A stretch of DNA of 64,000 nt from a virus. The notes beneath the pieces were generated by a model. That model had not been told where the DNA came from. It saw only the letters and a list, made by a program, of their open reading frames with translations, and did not search any database. Both the position numbers and the translations under genes were made by a program. Position 1 is the stretch's first letter, and every line of letters starts with the position of its first letter. The stretch spans positions 12,941 through 76,940 of IMG/VR virus record IMGVR_UViG_3300038379_000741. The stretch is one strand, 5' to 3'. Below are positions 1 through 7,895 of the stretch, one piece after another.

Positions 1-2
1 AC

Positions 3-392
3 GCGCGCGCCCGAGCCGGGCGTAAGGCCTGGGCCGCCGACGTCGGCTACTTCACGCTCGAGAGCGCCCTCTGCACCTACAAGTCCTGGCACCGCCCGAA
101 CCGCCGCTACCCGAACGTCTACGCCGACATGATGGTCGAGCGCATCCAGATCGCCGAGGAGCACTGGGCCGAGCCCCTCGACATCTTCTGGCGGATCCGC
201 CGGGAGTCGCTGCCCCCCGTCCTCCGCCTCGAGGACAACCCCAACGATCCCGGAGTCGCCCCGGAGAAGCAGAACCGCTATCGCGAGACCGGCGAGGTCG
301 TCTGCATGGACATCGACTGGCCCTGCTTCGCCAGCGAGTTCAACGACGCGCTCCACGGCTACACGACGCGGGCGCCATCTGGGTCCAAGTGA
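3..392 (+). CDS. Amino acid:DNA transferase (alpha-glutamyl/putrescinyl thymine pyrophosphorylase clade 2-like), 5'-truncated by window edge
   Basis: The frame is open from base 3 and reads DVGYFTLESALCTYKSWHRPNRRYPNVYADM...GEVVCMD, which I recognise from aGPT-PPase2 proteins of T-hypermodifying phages. It overlaps the P-loop kinase gene. Confidence 0.7.
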   Translation, partial: ARARAGRKAWAADVGYFTLESALCTYKSWHRPNRRYPNVYADMMVERIQIAEEHWAEPLDIFWRIRRESLPPVLRLEDNPNDPGVAPEKQNRYRETGEVVCMDIDWPCFASEFNDALHGYTTRAPSGSK

Positions 393-964
393 GACACCGC
401 CTCGAGTACCTCAACCACCGCGCCGTCTTCGTCGTCGGGGCACCTGGGGTCGGCAAGACTACGGTCGTGCGGGCCCTCCTCGAACCCCACGAGTCCATCA
501 CCCGCTTCCTGGTCGAGAAGCCGAAGTGGACGGTCTGCAAGGACATCGTGGCCGCCGGGCACTACACGGGCGGGACCTTCGACGGGGCCGACACGGTTCC
601 GTACGGCGGGGTCGAGGAGGCCCTCAAGTTCTGGGACCAGGAGTTCAAGACGACCAAGAGGGTCACGATCCTGGACGGCGACCGGTTCTCGCACGACAAG
701 GTCGTCCAGTGGTTCCAGAAGCGCGCGTGCCCGATCGTGGTCGTCTACTTCACCGCCGCCGACAAGGTCCTGGCGAAGCGTCGAGCGAAGCGCGGGAGCA
801 ACCAGAACGCGACGTGGCTGAAGGGTCGTGTGACGAAGTCCCGAAACTTCTACGACGCGGCGAGGGAGAAGGCCGACGGCCTCAAGATGACCGTCTTCGC
901 CGTCGACCTCTCCGGCCGCAGCGACGCCATCATCCGTGAGCTGAAGAAGTACCTCGACCTCTGA
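389..964 (+). CDS. P-loop kinase, 5-hydroxymethyluracil DNA kinase-like
   Basis: Walker A GAPGVGKT, plus GHYTGGTFDGAD, ILDGDRF and RGSNQNATWLKGRVTK motifs typical of phage 5-hmU DNA kinases. Adjacent to the aGPT-PPase-like gene. Confidence 0.72.
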   Translation: MRHRLEYLNHRAVFVVGAPGVGKTTVVRALLEPHESITRFLVEKPKWTVCKDIVAAGHYTGGTFDGADTVPYGGVEEALKFWDQEFKTTKRVTILDGDRFSHDKVVQWFQKRACPIVVVYFTAADKVLAKRRAKRGSNQNATWLKGRVTKSRNFYDAAREKADGLKMTVFAVDLSGRSDAIIRELKKYLDL

Positions 965-983
965 GGCGCGCCATCAACGAGGG

Positions 984-1382
984 ATGACGATGCCGCCGAC
1001 CGACCAAACCACCGAGGAGCTGCGCTTCCGACTCCTCGACCCCCGCTCCATCGTCCTCGACCTCGTCCTCGAGTGGGCGGAGAAGATCGGCGAGCAGGGC
1101 ACCGCGAAGATTACCCGGCACGAGCTTCGGCACGCCGAGGAGGCCCCGGTCGAGGTCGTCTGGAGCATGGTCATGTTCGTCCGCAACCACCGCGACGAGA
1201 AGCTCCAGCTCGGGGCGGTCATACACTTCGACGACGCGCCCAAGGACGGCGTCGAGCCCCGCTTCGTCCTCCGCAAGCTCGCCGCCACGGTCTGGAAGCT
1301 CTCGCCGTCGATCCTCCAACCCAACTTCCACGGCTACGTCACGCTCGTCGGCGTGCCCGACCCGGCACCATGGGAAGGTTGA
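984..1382 (+). CDS. Hypothetical protein (132 aa)
   Basis: GC3-rich ORF that fills the gap between neighbours. Confidence 0.6.
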   Translation: MTMPPTDQTTEELRFRLLDPRSIVLDLVLEWAEKIGEQGTAKITRHELRHAEEAPVEVVWSMVMFVRNHRDEKLQLGAVIHFDDAPKDGVEPRFVLRKLAATVWKLSPSILQPNFHGYVTLVGVPDPAPWEG

Positions 1383-1410
1383 CCTTCGACTCCATCTGCG
1401 TGTGTCGGTC

Positions 1411-2076
1411 ATGAGCCCTCGTGGTTGGTTTCTGGCCATCGAGGGGCCCGACGGCACCGGCAAGACCACCCAGGTCGAGCGCCTCCTCAAGCAGTTCCAG
1501 GGTTCCGTCCTGGTCCCGGGGTGCTCGAGGTCGCCGATCGGCAAGTTGGTGCGGCGCGGGTTGTCGGGCGAGGAGCCGCTCGATCCGTTCGAGATGCAGT
1601 GCGCCTACACGGCCGACCGCCTCGCGCGCGACGGGACGATCCGGAACCTGCTTGAGGACGGGACCCTGCTCGTCGCCGACCGCTGGACCATGAGCGCCCT
1701 CGTCTACGGCGCCCTCCACCTCGAGGACCGACACGACGTCCGCGAGCACCGCTCCTGGCTCTTCGAGATCAACGCCCCCGTCGCCGTCCCCGACCTCTAC
1801 GTCGTCCTGCTCGCCACGCCGGAATGCATCTTCGACCGACTCCAAAAGCGCTTCACTGCCGACGGTGGCAAGCGCGAGGTCTACGAGCGGGACGACCTCG
1901 TCCGGAAGGCCGTGGCCGGCTACAAGGACATCGTCGACGGCGGTCACTGGATCGAGTCGCCCATCCACGCGATCGACACGACGGACATGACCGAGGACGA
2001 CGTCGCGGACGCGGTAACGATGGCGTGGAAGGGGCTCGAGTCGGGCAGGTTCAAGAAAAAAGAAAAAAAGACTTGA
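1411..2076 (+). CDS. tmk: Thymidylate/dNMP kinase
   Basis: IEGPDGTGKTTQV P-loop, YTADR, DRWTMSALVYG and PDLYVVL motifs of dTMP kinases. Confidence 0.85.
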   Translation: MSPRGWFLAIEGPDGTGKTTQVERLLKQFQGSVLVPGCSRSPIGKLVRRGLSGEEPLDPFEMQCAYTADRLARDGTIRNLLEDGTLLVADRWTMSALVYGALHLEDRHDVREHRSWLFEINAPVAVPDLYVVLLATPECIFDRLQKRFTADGGKREVYERDDLVRKAVAGYKDIVDGGHWIESPIHAIDTTDMTEDDVADAVTMAWKGLESGRFKKKEKKT

Positions 2077-2145
2077 CGAACATTCATAGGAGCTTTATGG
2101 TCTGAGGGTCGGCGAGGAGTCGGCGCAAACCGGAGGACGGAGACC
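2055..2145 (+). promoter_or_regulatory. Early sigma70-like promoter P1 with conserved leader
   Basis: A-tract, TTGACG (2073-2078), 17-bp spacer, TATGGT (2096-2101), then GGTCGGCGAGGAGTCGG...ACCGGAGGACGG leading to the ATG at 2146. Confidence 0.8.
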
Positions 2146-3180
2146 ATGGATCGGAAGAAGGCGAACGTGATTTTGGCGGCAATTCTTGAGACGGTCGAGA
2201 GTGGCGGCGACAACGGAGTCCCGAGCGGTGTCGCGATGAACATCATCGCCACCAGCTGCGCGATCTGCGGACGCAAACTCACCGACCCACTCAGCATCGA
2301 GATCGGCATCGGTCCCGACTGCCGCAAGGGCAAGGGCTTCGAGAACCAGGACTCGGCGGCCGACTGGTCGCGCGCGTTCAAGATGCTCGGCAACGACTGC
2401 CCGCACGACCTCTACGAGGTGGTCGCGGACGCGCACGGTGTGCGCAAGGGCCGCGAGGATGGCGCGGTCGACACCACCCTCGCGGACGCGGCGAAGGCGA
2501 TCCGGGGCATCGGCGAGGGCGACCAGCGCCGCCCGGGTCTCTGCTGGTACCTCGCCACCGCGTTCGAGCGCGACGTCTCGCGCGAGGGCGTCCTCCGCAT
2601 CGTGCTCGCGATCGAGGCGCTCGGCTACACCACGCTCGCCCGCGCGCTCGCGAAGGGCCTCTACACCCGCAAGGACTACCTCCGCAAGTACGCGGTCTGC
2701 GTCGCCCACGTCGAGGAGGCGCCGGAAGGCGACGTCTACACCCGGTGCGACGGCACCAAGGTGGTCGCGGCCTGGCGGGTCGAGATGAGCTTCAACGCGG
2801 CCGCCAACGACGCCCTCCGCAAACTCGGCGCCGTCTGGTTCCAGGACAAGAAGCGCCACAAGAAGTTCTGGGCAGTCCCGGCCTGCCCGGCCAAGGTCCT
2901 CTTCGAGGCCCTCTACCGCGCCGAGGGCATGGACCTCATCGCCGGCAAGAAGGGCGTCGTCACCCCGCGCGAGCGCGCCCTCCTCGACCAGCGCCCGACC
3001 CGGCAGTGGTGGCCGGAGCCCTTCGGCGAGGACGACCCGACGGTCCAGTGCTGCTGGGTCGACGAGCACGGCCAGCACCAGCGCTACGCGATCACGGGCG
3101 AGGCCTACGGCCGCCCGGGCTGGGAGAAGGTCCCGTTCATCGGCTTCTTCTCGAAGTCCAACGTCCAGGGTGCGGCGTGA
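2146..3180 (+). CDS. DUF6011-like Zn-ribbon protein with possible HARP-like segment
   Basis: CAICGRKLTDPLSIEIGIGPDC is the DUF6011 signature. SFNAAANDALRKLGAVWFQD...FWAVP resembles HARP-like domains. Confidence 0.6.
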   Translation: MDRKKANVILAAILETVESGGDNGVPSGVAMNIIATSCAICGRKLTDPLSIEIGIGPDCRKGKGFENQDSAADWSRAFKMLGNDCPHDLYEVVADAHGVRKGREDGAVDTTLADAAKAIRGIGEGDQRRPGLCWYLATAFERDVSREGVLRIVLAIEALGYTTLARALAKGLYTRKDYLRKYAVCVAHVEEAPEGDVYTRCDGTKVVAAWRVEMSFNAAANDALRKLGAVWFQDKKRHKKFWAVPACPAKVLFEALYRAEGMDLIAGKKGVVTPRERALLDQRPTRQWWPEPFGEDDPTVQCCWVDEHGQHQRYAITGEAYGRPGWEKVPFIGFFSKSNVQGAA

Positions 3181-3479
3181 GCCTCGTCCGAGAGCAGGCG
3201 CGCGTCCGATCTGCCGTGAGCCGGCAGCTCGCCGACATCAGCCAGGTGGAGCGCACCGTTCGGGGGCGCTCCGACCGCTTCTTCTCCGTCGACCTCCTCC
3301 CCGCCCCCTACGAGGCCGAGCGCTGGGCCATCTTCCTCGCCGACGGCACCCTCATCGGCATGAAGGCCGCAGTCCGCATCGACCTCGGCGACGGCTTCAC
3401 GGCCACGCAGGCCCAGACCATCTTCCTCACCCCCGCGGCCGTCCAGGCCGCGTTCGTCAACTTCTTCGGGGGGTTGTGA
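3177..3479 (+). CDS. Hypothetical protein (100 aa)
   Basis: GTG start overlapping the previous stop. GC3-rich frame. Confidence 0.55.
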   Translation: MSLVREQARVRSAVSRQLADISQVERTVRGRSDRFFSVDLLPAPYEAERWAIFLADGTLIGMKAAVRIDLGDGFTATQAQTIFLTPAAVQAAFVNFFGGL

Positions 3480-3742
3480 TGAGGCTCTACTGGAACGCCG
3501 CCTGCGACCCCGGCGCCGAGGACTACTACGACCAGAGCACCACGCCCGACGAGATCTGCCATTCCGGGCGCATCACCGACGAGACCGGCGACGCCATCGT
3601 CCGGTCGGAGTCCGCCGCCTCCCGGCGCGCCGCCATCATCCTCGGGCTTTGCCCCGAGTGCTGGGAGGCCCTCACTCTGGACACACGCGAGTGCACCAAC
3701 CCGTACTGCTCGGAGGGGCCGGAAGGCGGCCTGGAACCGTAA
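3479..3742 (+). CDS. Hypothetical Cys-containing protein (87 aa)
   Basis: TGATG coupling. CPEC and CTNPYC motifs. Confidence 0.55.
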   Translation: MRLYWNAACDPGAEDYYDQSTTPDEICHSGRITDETGDAIVRSESAASRRAAIILGLCPECWEALTLDTRECTNPYCSEGPEGGLEP

Positions 3743-3829
3743 AAAAGAGTTGACAATCATTCGTAGTTGGTTTATAGTATCTGAACGGTCGGCGAGGAGT
3801 CGGCCCGGAAACCGGAGGACGGACTAGCC
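3741..3829 (+). promoter_or_regulatory. Early sigma70-like promoter P2 with conserved leader
   Basis: A6 tract, TTGACA (3750-3755), 17-bp spacer, TATAGT (3773-3778), same leader as P1. Confidence 0.85.
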
Positions 3830-4549
3830 GTGAACACCCATCCCGTAACCCTCGACGGTGTCGACCTCGACTTGCTCGCCACCCGCTTCTGGAGGCTGGA
3901 CGCCATGCGGGTCGACCCCAAGTGCACGTTCACGATCAAGTGGTACCGGCACCAACGCGAGGGTATCGAGGGCGGCGGTGCCTGGGGGCGCGCCCATATC
4001 GCGTTCCGCCACGTCAACATGCGCCTCGCCTGCAACGTGGAGCTGGAGGCCGCTGCCGAGGTCCTGCTCCACGAGCTGGTGCACTGCTCGCTCCCGCCGC
4101 GCGAGAATCACGGCGAGCTGTTCTGCCGGCGCCTGATCGCATGCGCCAAGGAGGCGTTCGGCATTCCCGTCGACGTCGACGCCCTTCTCGGCATCACGTC
4201 GGAGCAACACCCCTTCGGCAACCGCGCCTACGCGATCGACGAGATGCTCCGCCGCCAGATGGGCGCGTGCGGGGTCGCGGATGCGCTGCGCGCCGACCCA
4301 ACACTTCGGCATTCCCCCGCTCCTGTTGAGACGCCGGAAGAGCGCGAGGTCCGGATGGCGGAGGCCGCGCTCAAGCGCCGCAACAACCGCAAGGCCCACG
4401 TCGACGAGATGGTCCGGGTGTGGGACGCTGAGGTCGCTCTTCGCGAGCGGGCCCTCAAGCAGGGCCGGAAGCTCCGGGCGAAGTGGAGAGAGAAGCAAAC
4501 CGGATACGAGAAGCGAGAGCCCCAGGCGGTCAAGAAGAAGGAGGAGTGA
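3830..4549 (+). CDS. SprT-like zinc metallopeptidase domain protein
   Basis: EVLLHELVH...HGELF (HExxH plus downstream His), with a basic coiled-coil C-terminus. Confidence 0.7.
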   Translation: MNTHPVTLDGVDLDLLATRFWRLDAMRVDPKCTFTIKWYRHQREGIEGGGAWGRAHIAFRHVNMRLACNVELEAAAEVLLHELVHCSLPPRENHGELFCRRLIACAKEAFGIPVDVDALLGITSEQHPFGNRAYAIDEMLRRQMGACGVADALRADPTLRHSPAPVETPEEREVRMAEAALKRRNNRKAHVDEMVRVWDAEVALRERALKQGRKLRAKWREKQTGYEKREPQAVKKKEE

Positions 4550-4551
4550 CG

Positions 4552-4767
4552 ATGTCGACGATCACGATGCGAACCGGGCCCACCAACCAGGAGCGAGACT
4601 TCGTCCTCGAGACCGAGCCCCCGACCCCAGCCACCGACGGGCGGATCATCTTCACGCTCAAGACTCGGCGGGAGGAGCAGGTCCGAGCCGTCCTCACCGT
4701 CCACGAAGCCGACCAGCTCATGGGCGTCATCGACGCCGCCCTGCGCGCCGCGCGGAGGAAGCGATGA
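4552..4767 (+). CDS. Hypothetical protein (71 aa)
   Basis: GGAG RBS, coupled to neighbours. Confidence 0.55.
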   Translation: MSTITMRTGPTNQERDFVLETEPPTPATDGRIIFTLKTRREEQVRAVLTVHEADQLMGVIDAALRAARRKR

Positions 4768-4925
4768 AACTCGACGTCTACACCGAGGTCAGCATTCCGG
4801 ACGGGGTCAGGCGAGTCAAGATCGGACGGGGCGAACGCCGCGCCAACGGGACCATCGCGATTCGACTCGACGCTTTTCCAATCTCGGGGATCCTGCTCGT
4901 CTGCGAGGAAGGGAAGAAGCCGTGA
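4764..4925 (+). CDS. Hypothetical protein (53 aa)
   Basis: ATGA overlap with the upstream gene. Confidence 0.45.
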   Translation: MKLDVYTEVSIPDGVRRVKIGRGERRANGTIAIRLDAFPISGILLVCEEGKKP

Positions 4926-5224
4926 AGAAGCTCTTCGCCTTCTGGCGGTACGACTGCTTCCCCTACGTGCTCGGCGCCGAGGTGGAGGAGATCCGAGCCC
5001 TCGATCGCAGCCACCTCTTTCACGGTGACACATCGACCGCCGGCAGAATGCGAAGAGTATTTCTTCACAAGCTCGAAAACCGCGCGGACCTCGCGGCCGG
5101 CGGTGTCGAAGTAGTCGGTCACGACTTCACCTGGATGTCCTTCATCATCGGGCCCTGGTCGGATTCCCCGAGTGGCAACCTCTACCGGCGCGACTCCCAC
5201 AACGCCGATCCCGAGACCCGATGA
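4922..5224 (+). CDS. Hypothetical protein (100 aa)
   Basis: GTGA overlap. N-terminus FAFWRYDCFPYVLG. Confidence 0.45.
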   Translation: MKKLFAFWRYDCFPYVLGAEVEEIRALDRSHLFHGDTSTAGRMRRVFLHKLENRADLAAGGVEVVGHDFTWMSFIIGPWSDSPSGNLYRRDSHNADPETR

Positions 5225-5799
5225 AAGGAAGCGACATGGAACCCGTGAAAGAGATCAAGGATTTGGCCGAGGACGTGGCCGCCAACCACGTGCAGTCGAT
5301 TGCTGCGATCGAGCGCGAGCGCGAGTCGGCCGCCCTGCTGCTGGTCGCGGTCCTGGACGCCGTGCGACAGGCGGCGCCGGCGCTCGCGTCGCGGGTGCCC
5401 GAACACGTCAAGGGAGACGTGCGTGAGTCGAACTGGCAGGACGCCGCGGTCTCGCACTTCCCGTGGCGCGGGATCAAGCTCGTAGGTGGGCCGCTGTTTC
5501 GGGCCGACGGCATCGTCGAGGGTGCCGCTCTCCACTTCGACGAGGACGGCAACCTTCGGATCGTCAGCTACTCGGGGATGTGGACCAAGGACCATAAGGC
5601 CGAGTGGGTGTCGAAGGCGTCCGACCCGGTCACGTGCCGGCAGGTCGTCGACGGTAGGTGGTCGATCGAGGGAATCGTCGAAACATTCGCCCATCACCTC
5701 CGCCGGCACGCCGAGGGGGCACGGGGCAGGCGCGCCGATCAGGCCGCCAGGCTCGCCGATCGTTATGAGGCCATCGTGACGTTGCTGGGGGAGCCATGA
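5221..5799 (+). CDS. Hypothetical protein (192 aa)
   Basis: Coupled ORF that overlaps the start of the Cas12m-like gene. Confidence 0.6.
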   Translation: MKGSDMEPVKEIKDLAEDVAANHVQSIAAIERERESAALLLVAVLDAVRQAAPALASRVPEHVKGDVRESNWQDAAVSHFPWRGIKLVGGPLFRADGIVEGAALHFDEDGNLRIVSYSGMWTKDHKAEWVSKASDPVTCRQVVDGRWSIEGIVETFAHHLRRHAEGARGRRADQAARLADRYEAIVTLLGEP

Positions 5800-7355
5800 T
5801 CCGTGTCTACAAATTCGGTGCACGTCCACCAATGAATCGTGACCTCGTCGTGTCGCAGCTCCACGCGGCGCACGACTACCGCAACACGCTGACGGAGATC
5901 GAGCGCGGCCGGCGCGATGCTGTGCGCCTCGTCTACGAGACCGACGAGATCCGCGAGGCCGCAGACGCGCTCAAGCACGCGACGAAGAGCGACTTTCGCG
6001 CGCGAAAGAAAGCGCTCTATGCGCTGCGTCGCGAGGCGATGGAAGCCAATCAGGAAGAGATCCAACGCATCAACGGACTCGCCGCCGATCTGCAACGCGG
6101 CGCCCGCGAGCTGACGCACACATTCTGGGGAACGTACTTGGACATCGAATCGCAGGCGCAGCAGGCGCGTGCGGATCCGCTCTACGGCGACGATGGACTG
6201 ACACCTCACGCGCCGCGTTTCGTTCGCTGGCGCGATCCGATGCAGGGTCAGCTCGGGGTCCAGATTCAACGTCTGACGACGACAGTCGACGTCCTTGCCG
6301 GGAAGTGCTCGTATGTCCGGGTCGAGCGGCGCGACAAGGGCTACGCCACCCTATGGCTCCGCGTCGGGAGTGATGGACGCGATCCGATCTGGGCACGCTG
6401 GGACATCAAGATGCACCGCGAGGTGCCGAACGCGGCGCGCTGGAAATGGGTCCGTGTCTCGTGCGTGCCGCGATCCTTCCGGGACAAACCCGAGTACCGC
6501 GAGACGTGGACGGTCGAGATCACCGTCGACGATCCGGCTCCTGATGCTCGTTCGCTCGACCGCACGCTGTCGGGTGCGGTCGCCATCTCGTGGTCGTGGG
6601 ATGCTATGCCGGACGAGTCGATCCGCGTCGCATCGTGGCGCGACACGCGCGGACAGGTCGGGGAGATCGTAGTCCCCGTGTCAATCACAAAAGGCATCCG
6701 CAAACCAGACGGAATCCGTGCGGTGCGCGACCTCGTCTGGAACGATGCACAGCCGAAGATCGCTCGCGCCATCAAGGAGAGCCAAGACGCCACGCCTTGG
6801 CTCGTGGAGGCTGCGAACACCATGCCCTACTGGAAGTCGCTCGGCCGCGTACACGAACTCGCCCGCCGTTACCGTGTAGAGGGCTGTACATCTGCGGTCG
6901 CGGCCTACGAGATGATCCACGCGTTTTGTGACCGCGATCTGCACCTCGCCGACTACGAGCGCAATGCGCGCGACGAAGCGATCCGCGAGCGACGTGAGAT
7001 GTACCGCGTACTCGCTGCGCAATGGGCGCGTACGTACCGGCATGTGCTCTTGAGCGACCATGATCTGTCGCGCGAGGCTCGGCGGGGCGAGGACTCGGAT
7101 GTGCGGTTCACAGCTTCGCCGAATCAACTTCGTGGCGCCCTGAAAAACGCGTTCGGCGCGGACGCGATCATGGCCACTTGGGACAAAGAGGAGGGGTGGT
7201 GCGAGCGCGCATGTGCCGCGTATTTTACGGCTGGCGCTCGCAGCGAGATGTTCGCGCAACCAAAGGAAAAAACGACGAACGCATGGGCGTCACGCAAGAA
7301 AAAGAAACAAGAGAAGGAGGCCGCTCGCAAGCCAGACGGTAATGCGGCGGAATGA
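5796..7355 (+). CDS. cas12m: Cas12m (type V-M / V-U1)-like RNA-guided effector, predicted nuclease-dead, 519 aa
   Basis: Colinear motifs recalled from MmCas12m: FWGTY, GQLGVQIQR, LRVGSDGRDPIW...MHREVP, AISWSW...VASWR, GEIVVP, YWKSLGR, EMYRVLAA...VLLSD and ASPNQLR. The RuvC-I acidic position is Ser265, RuvC-II is Asp421, and there is no CxxC Zn finger. The gene directly abuts a CRISPR array. Confidence 0.8.
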   Translation: MIRVYKFGARPPMNRDLVVSQLHAAHDYRNTLTEIERGRRDAVRLVYETDEIREAADALKHATKSDFRARKKALYALRREAMEANQEEIQRINGLAADLQRGARELTHTFWGTYLDIESQAQQARADPLYGDDGLTPHAPRFVRWRDPMQGQLGVQIQRLTTTVDVLAGKCSYVRVERRDKGYATLWLRVGSDGRDPIWARWDIKMHREVPNAARWKWVRVSCVPRSFRDKPEYRETWTVEITVDDPAPDARSLDRTLSGAVAISWSWDAMPDESIRVASWRDTRGQVGEIVVPVSITKGIRKPDGIRAVRDLVWNDAQPKIARAIKESQDATPWLVEAANTMPYWKSLGRVHELARRYRVEGCTSAVAAYEMIHAFCDRDLHLADYERNARDEAIRERREMYRVLAAQWARTYRHVLLSDHDLSREARRGEDSDVRFTASPNQLRGALKNAFGADAIMATWDKEEGWCERACAAYFTAGARSEMFAQPKEKTTNAWASRKKKKQEKEAARKPDGNAAE

Positions 7356-7374
7356 TTGGCATCGTGGAGGAGAT

Positions 7375-7792
7375 ATTCAAAGGGCAGCGCAAGGCCTTCA
7401 ACGTTGCGACAGCATCGGTTGATTGAAGGGGCGCGTCGGGTCCAGCTCATTCAAAGGGCAGCGCAAGGCCTTCAACGTTGCGACCGGAGCGACCTCGGGG
7501 AGGTGCGCGCGATTCAAAGGGCAGCGCAAGGCCTTCAACGTTGCGACCAGATCAACGCGGTCGACCGGATCGAGAGCGCCACGTAGATTCAAAGGGCAGC
7601 GCAAGGCCTTCAACGTTGCGACTCGTGCTCGCGCTCTCGCCGACGCTCTCGAGGATCACGCCTCATTCAAAGGGCAGCGCAAGGCCTTCAACGTTGCGAC
7701 GAATCGATCCATCACTTCTCTCCCGGGATCAAAGAGCAGCGCGGGGCTCCAACGTTGCGACAGCGGCCATTCGCGAGGCTCCAACGTCGCGC
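7375..7792 (+). CRISPR. Mini CRISPR array: 5 identical 36-bp repeats, 5 spacers, degenerate trailer repeats
   Basis: ATTCAAAGGGCAGCGCAAGGCCTTCAACGTTGCGAC occurs at 7375, 7449, 7512, 7587 and 7665. Spacers are 38, 27, 39, 42 and 27 bp. A degenerate copy lies at 7728-7761 and a remnant at about 7773-7792. The 3' stem CGCAA/TTGCG is followed by AC. Confidence 0.97.
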
Positions 7793-7895
7793 CCGGATCG
7801 GCAACGTGACACACACCATCCCAGCAACATGAGCGCCAAGGGCCGCGGCCCCACACCGGCTCCTGGTTCGTGCCCGCGGCATCTCGAGAGTTCAG

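Noticed and set aside
7411-7727. Short matches of other spacers in the window (spacer 4 reverse complement, 14 nt near 12908; spacer 2, 11-12 nt near 22706 and 49509; spacer 5, 10 nt near 15560 and 18221)
   Set aside because: 10-14 nt hits are expected by chance in GC-rich 64 kb and do not extend.
7356-7809. ORFs 7356-7586, 7398-7613, 7423-7809 and 7478-8041 crossing the array
   Set aside because: They are translations of CRISPR repeats (recurring QRAAQGLQRCD / FKGQRKAFNVAT), not genes.
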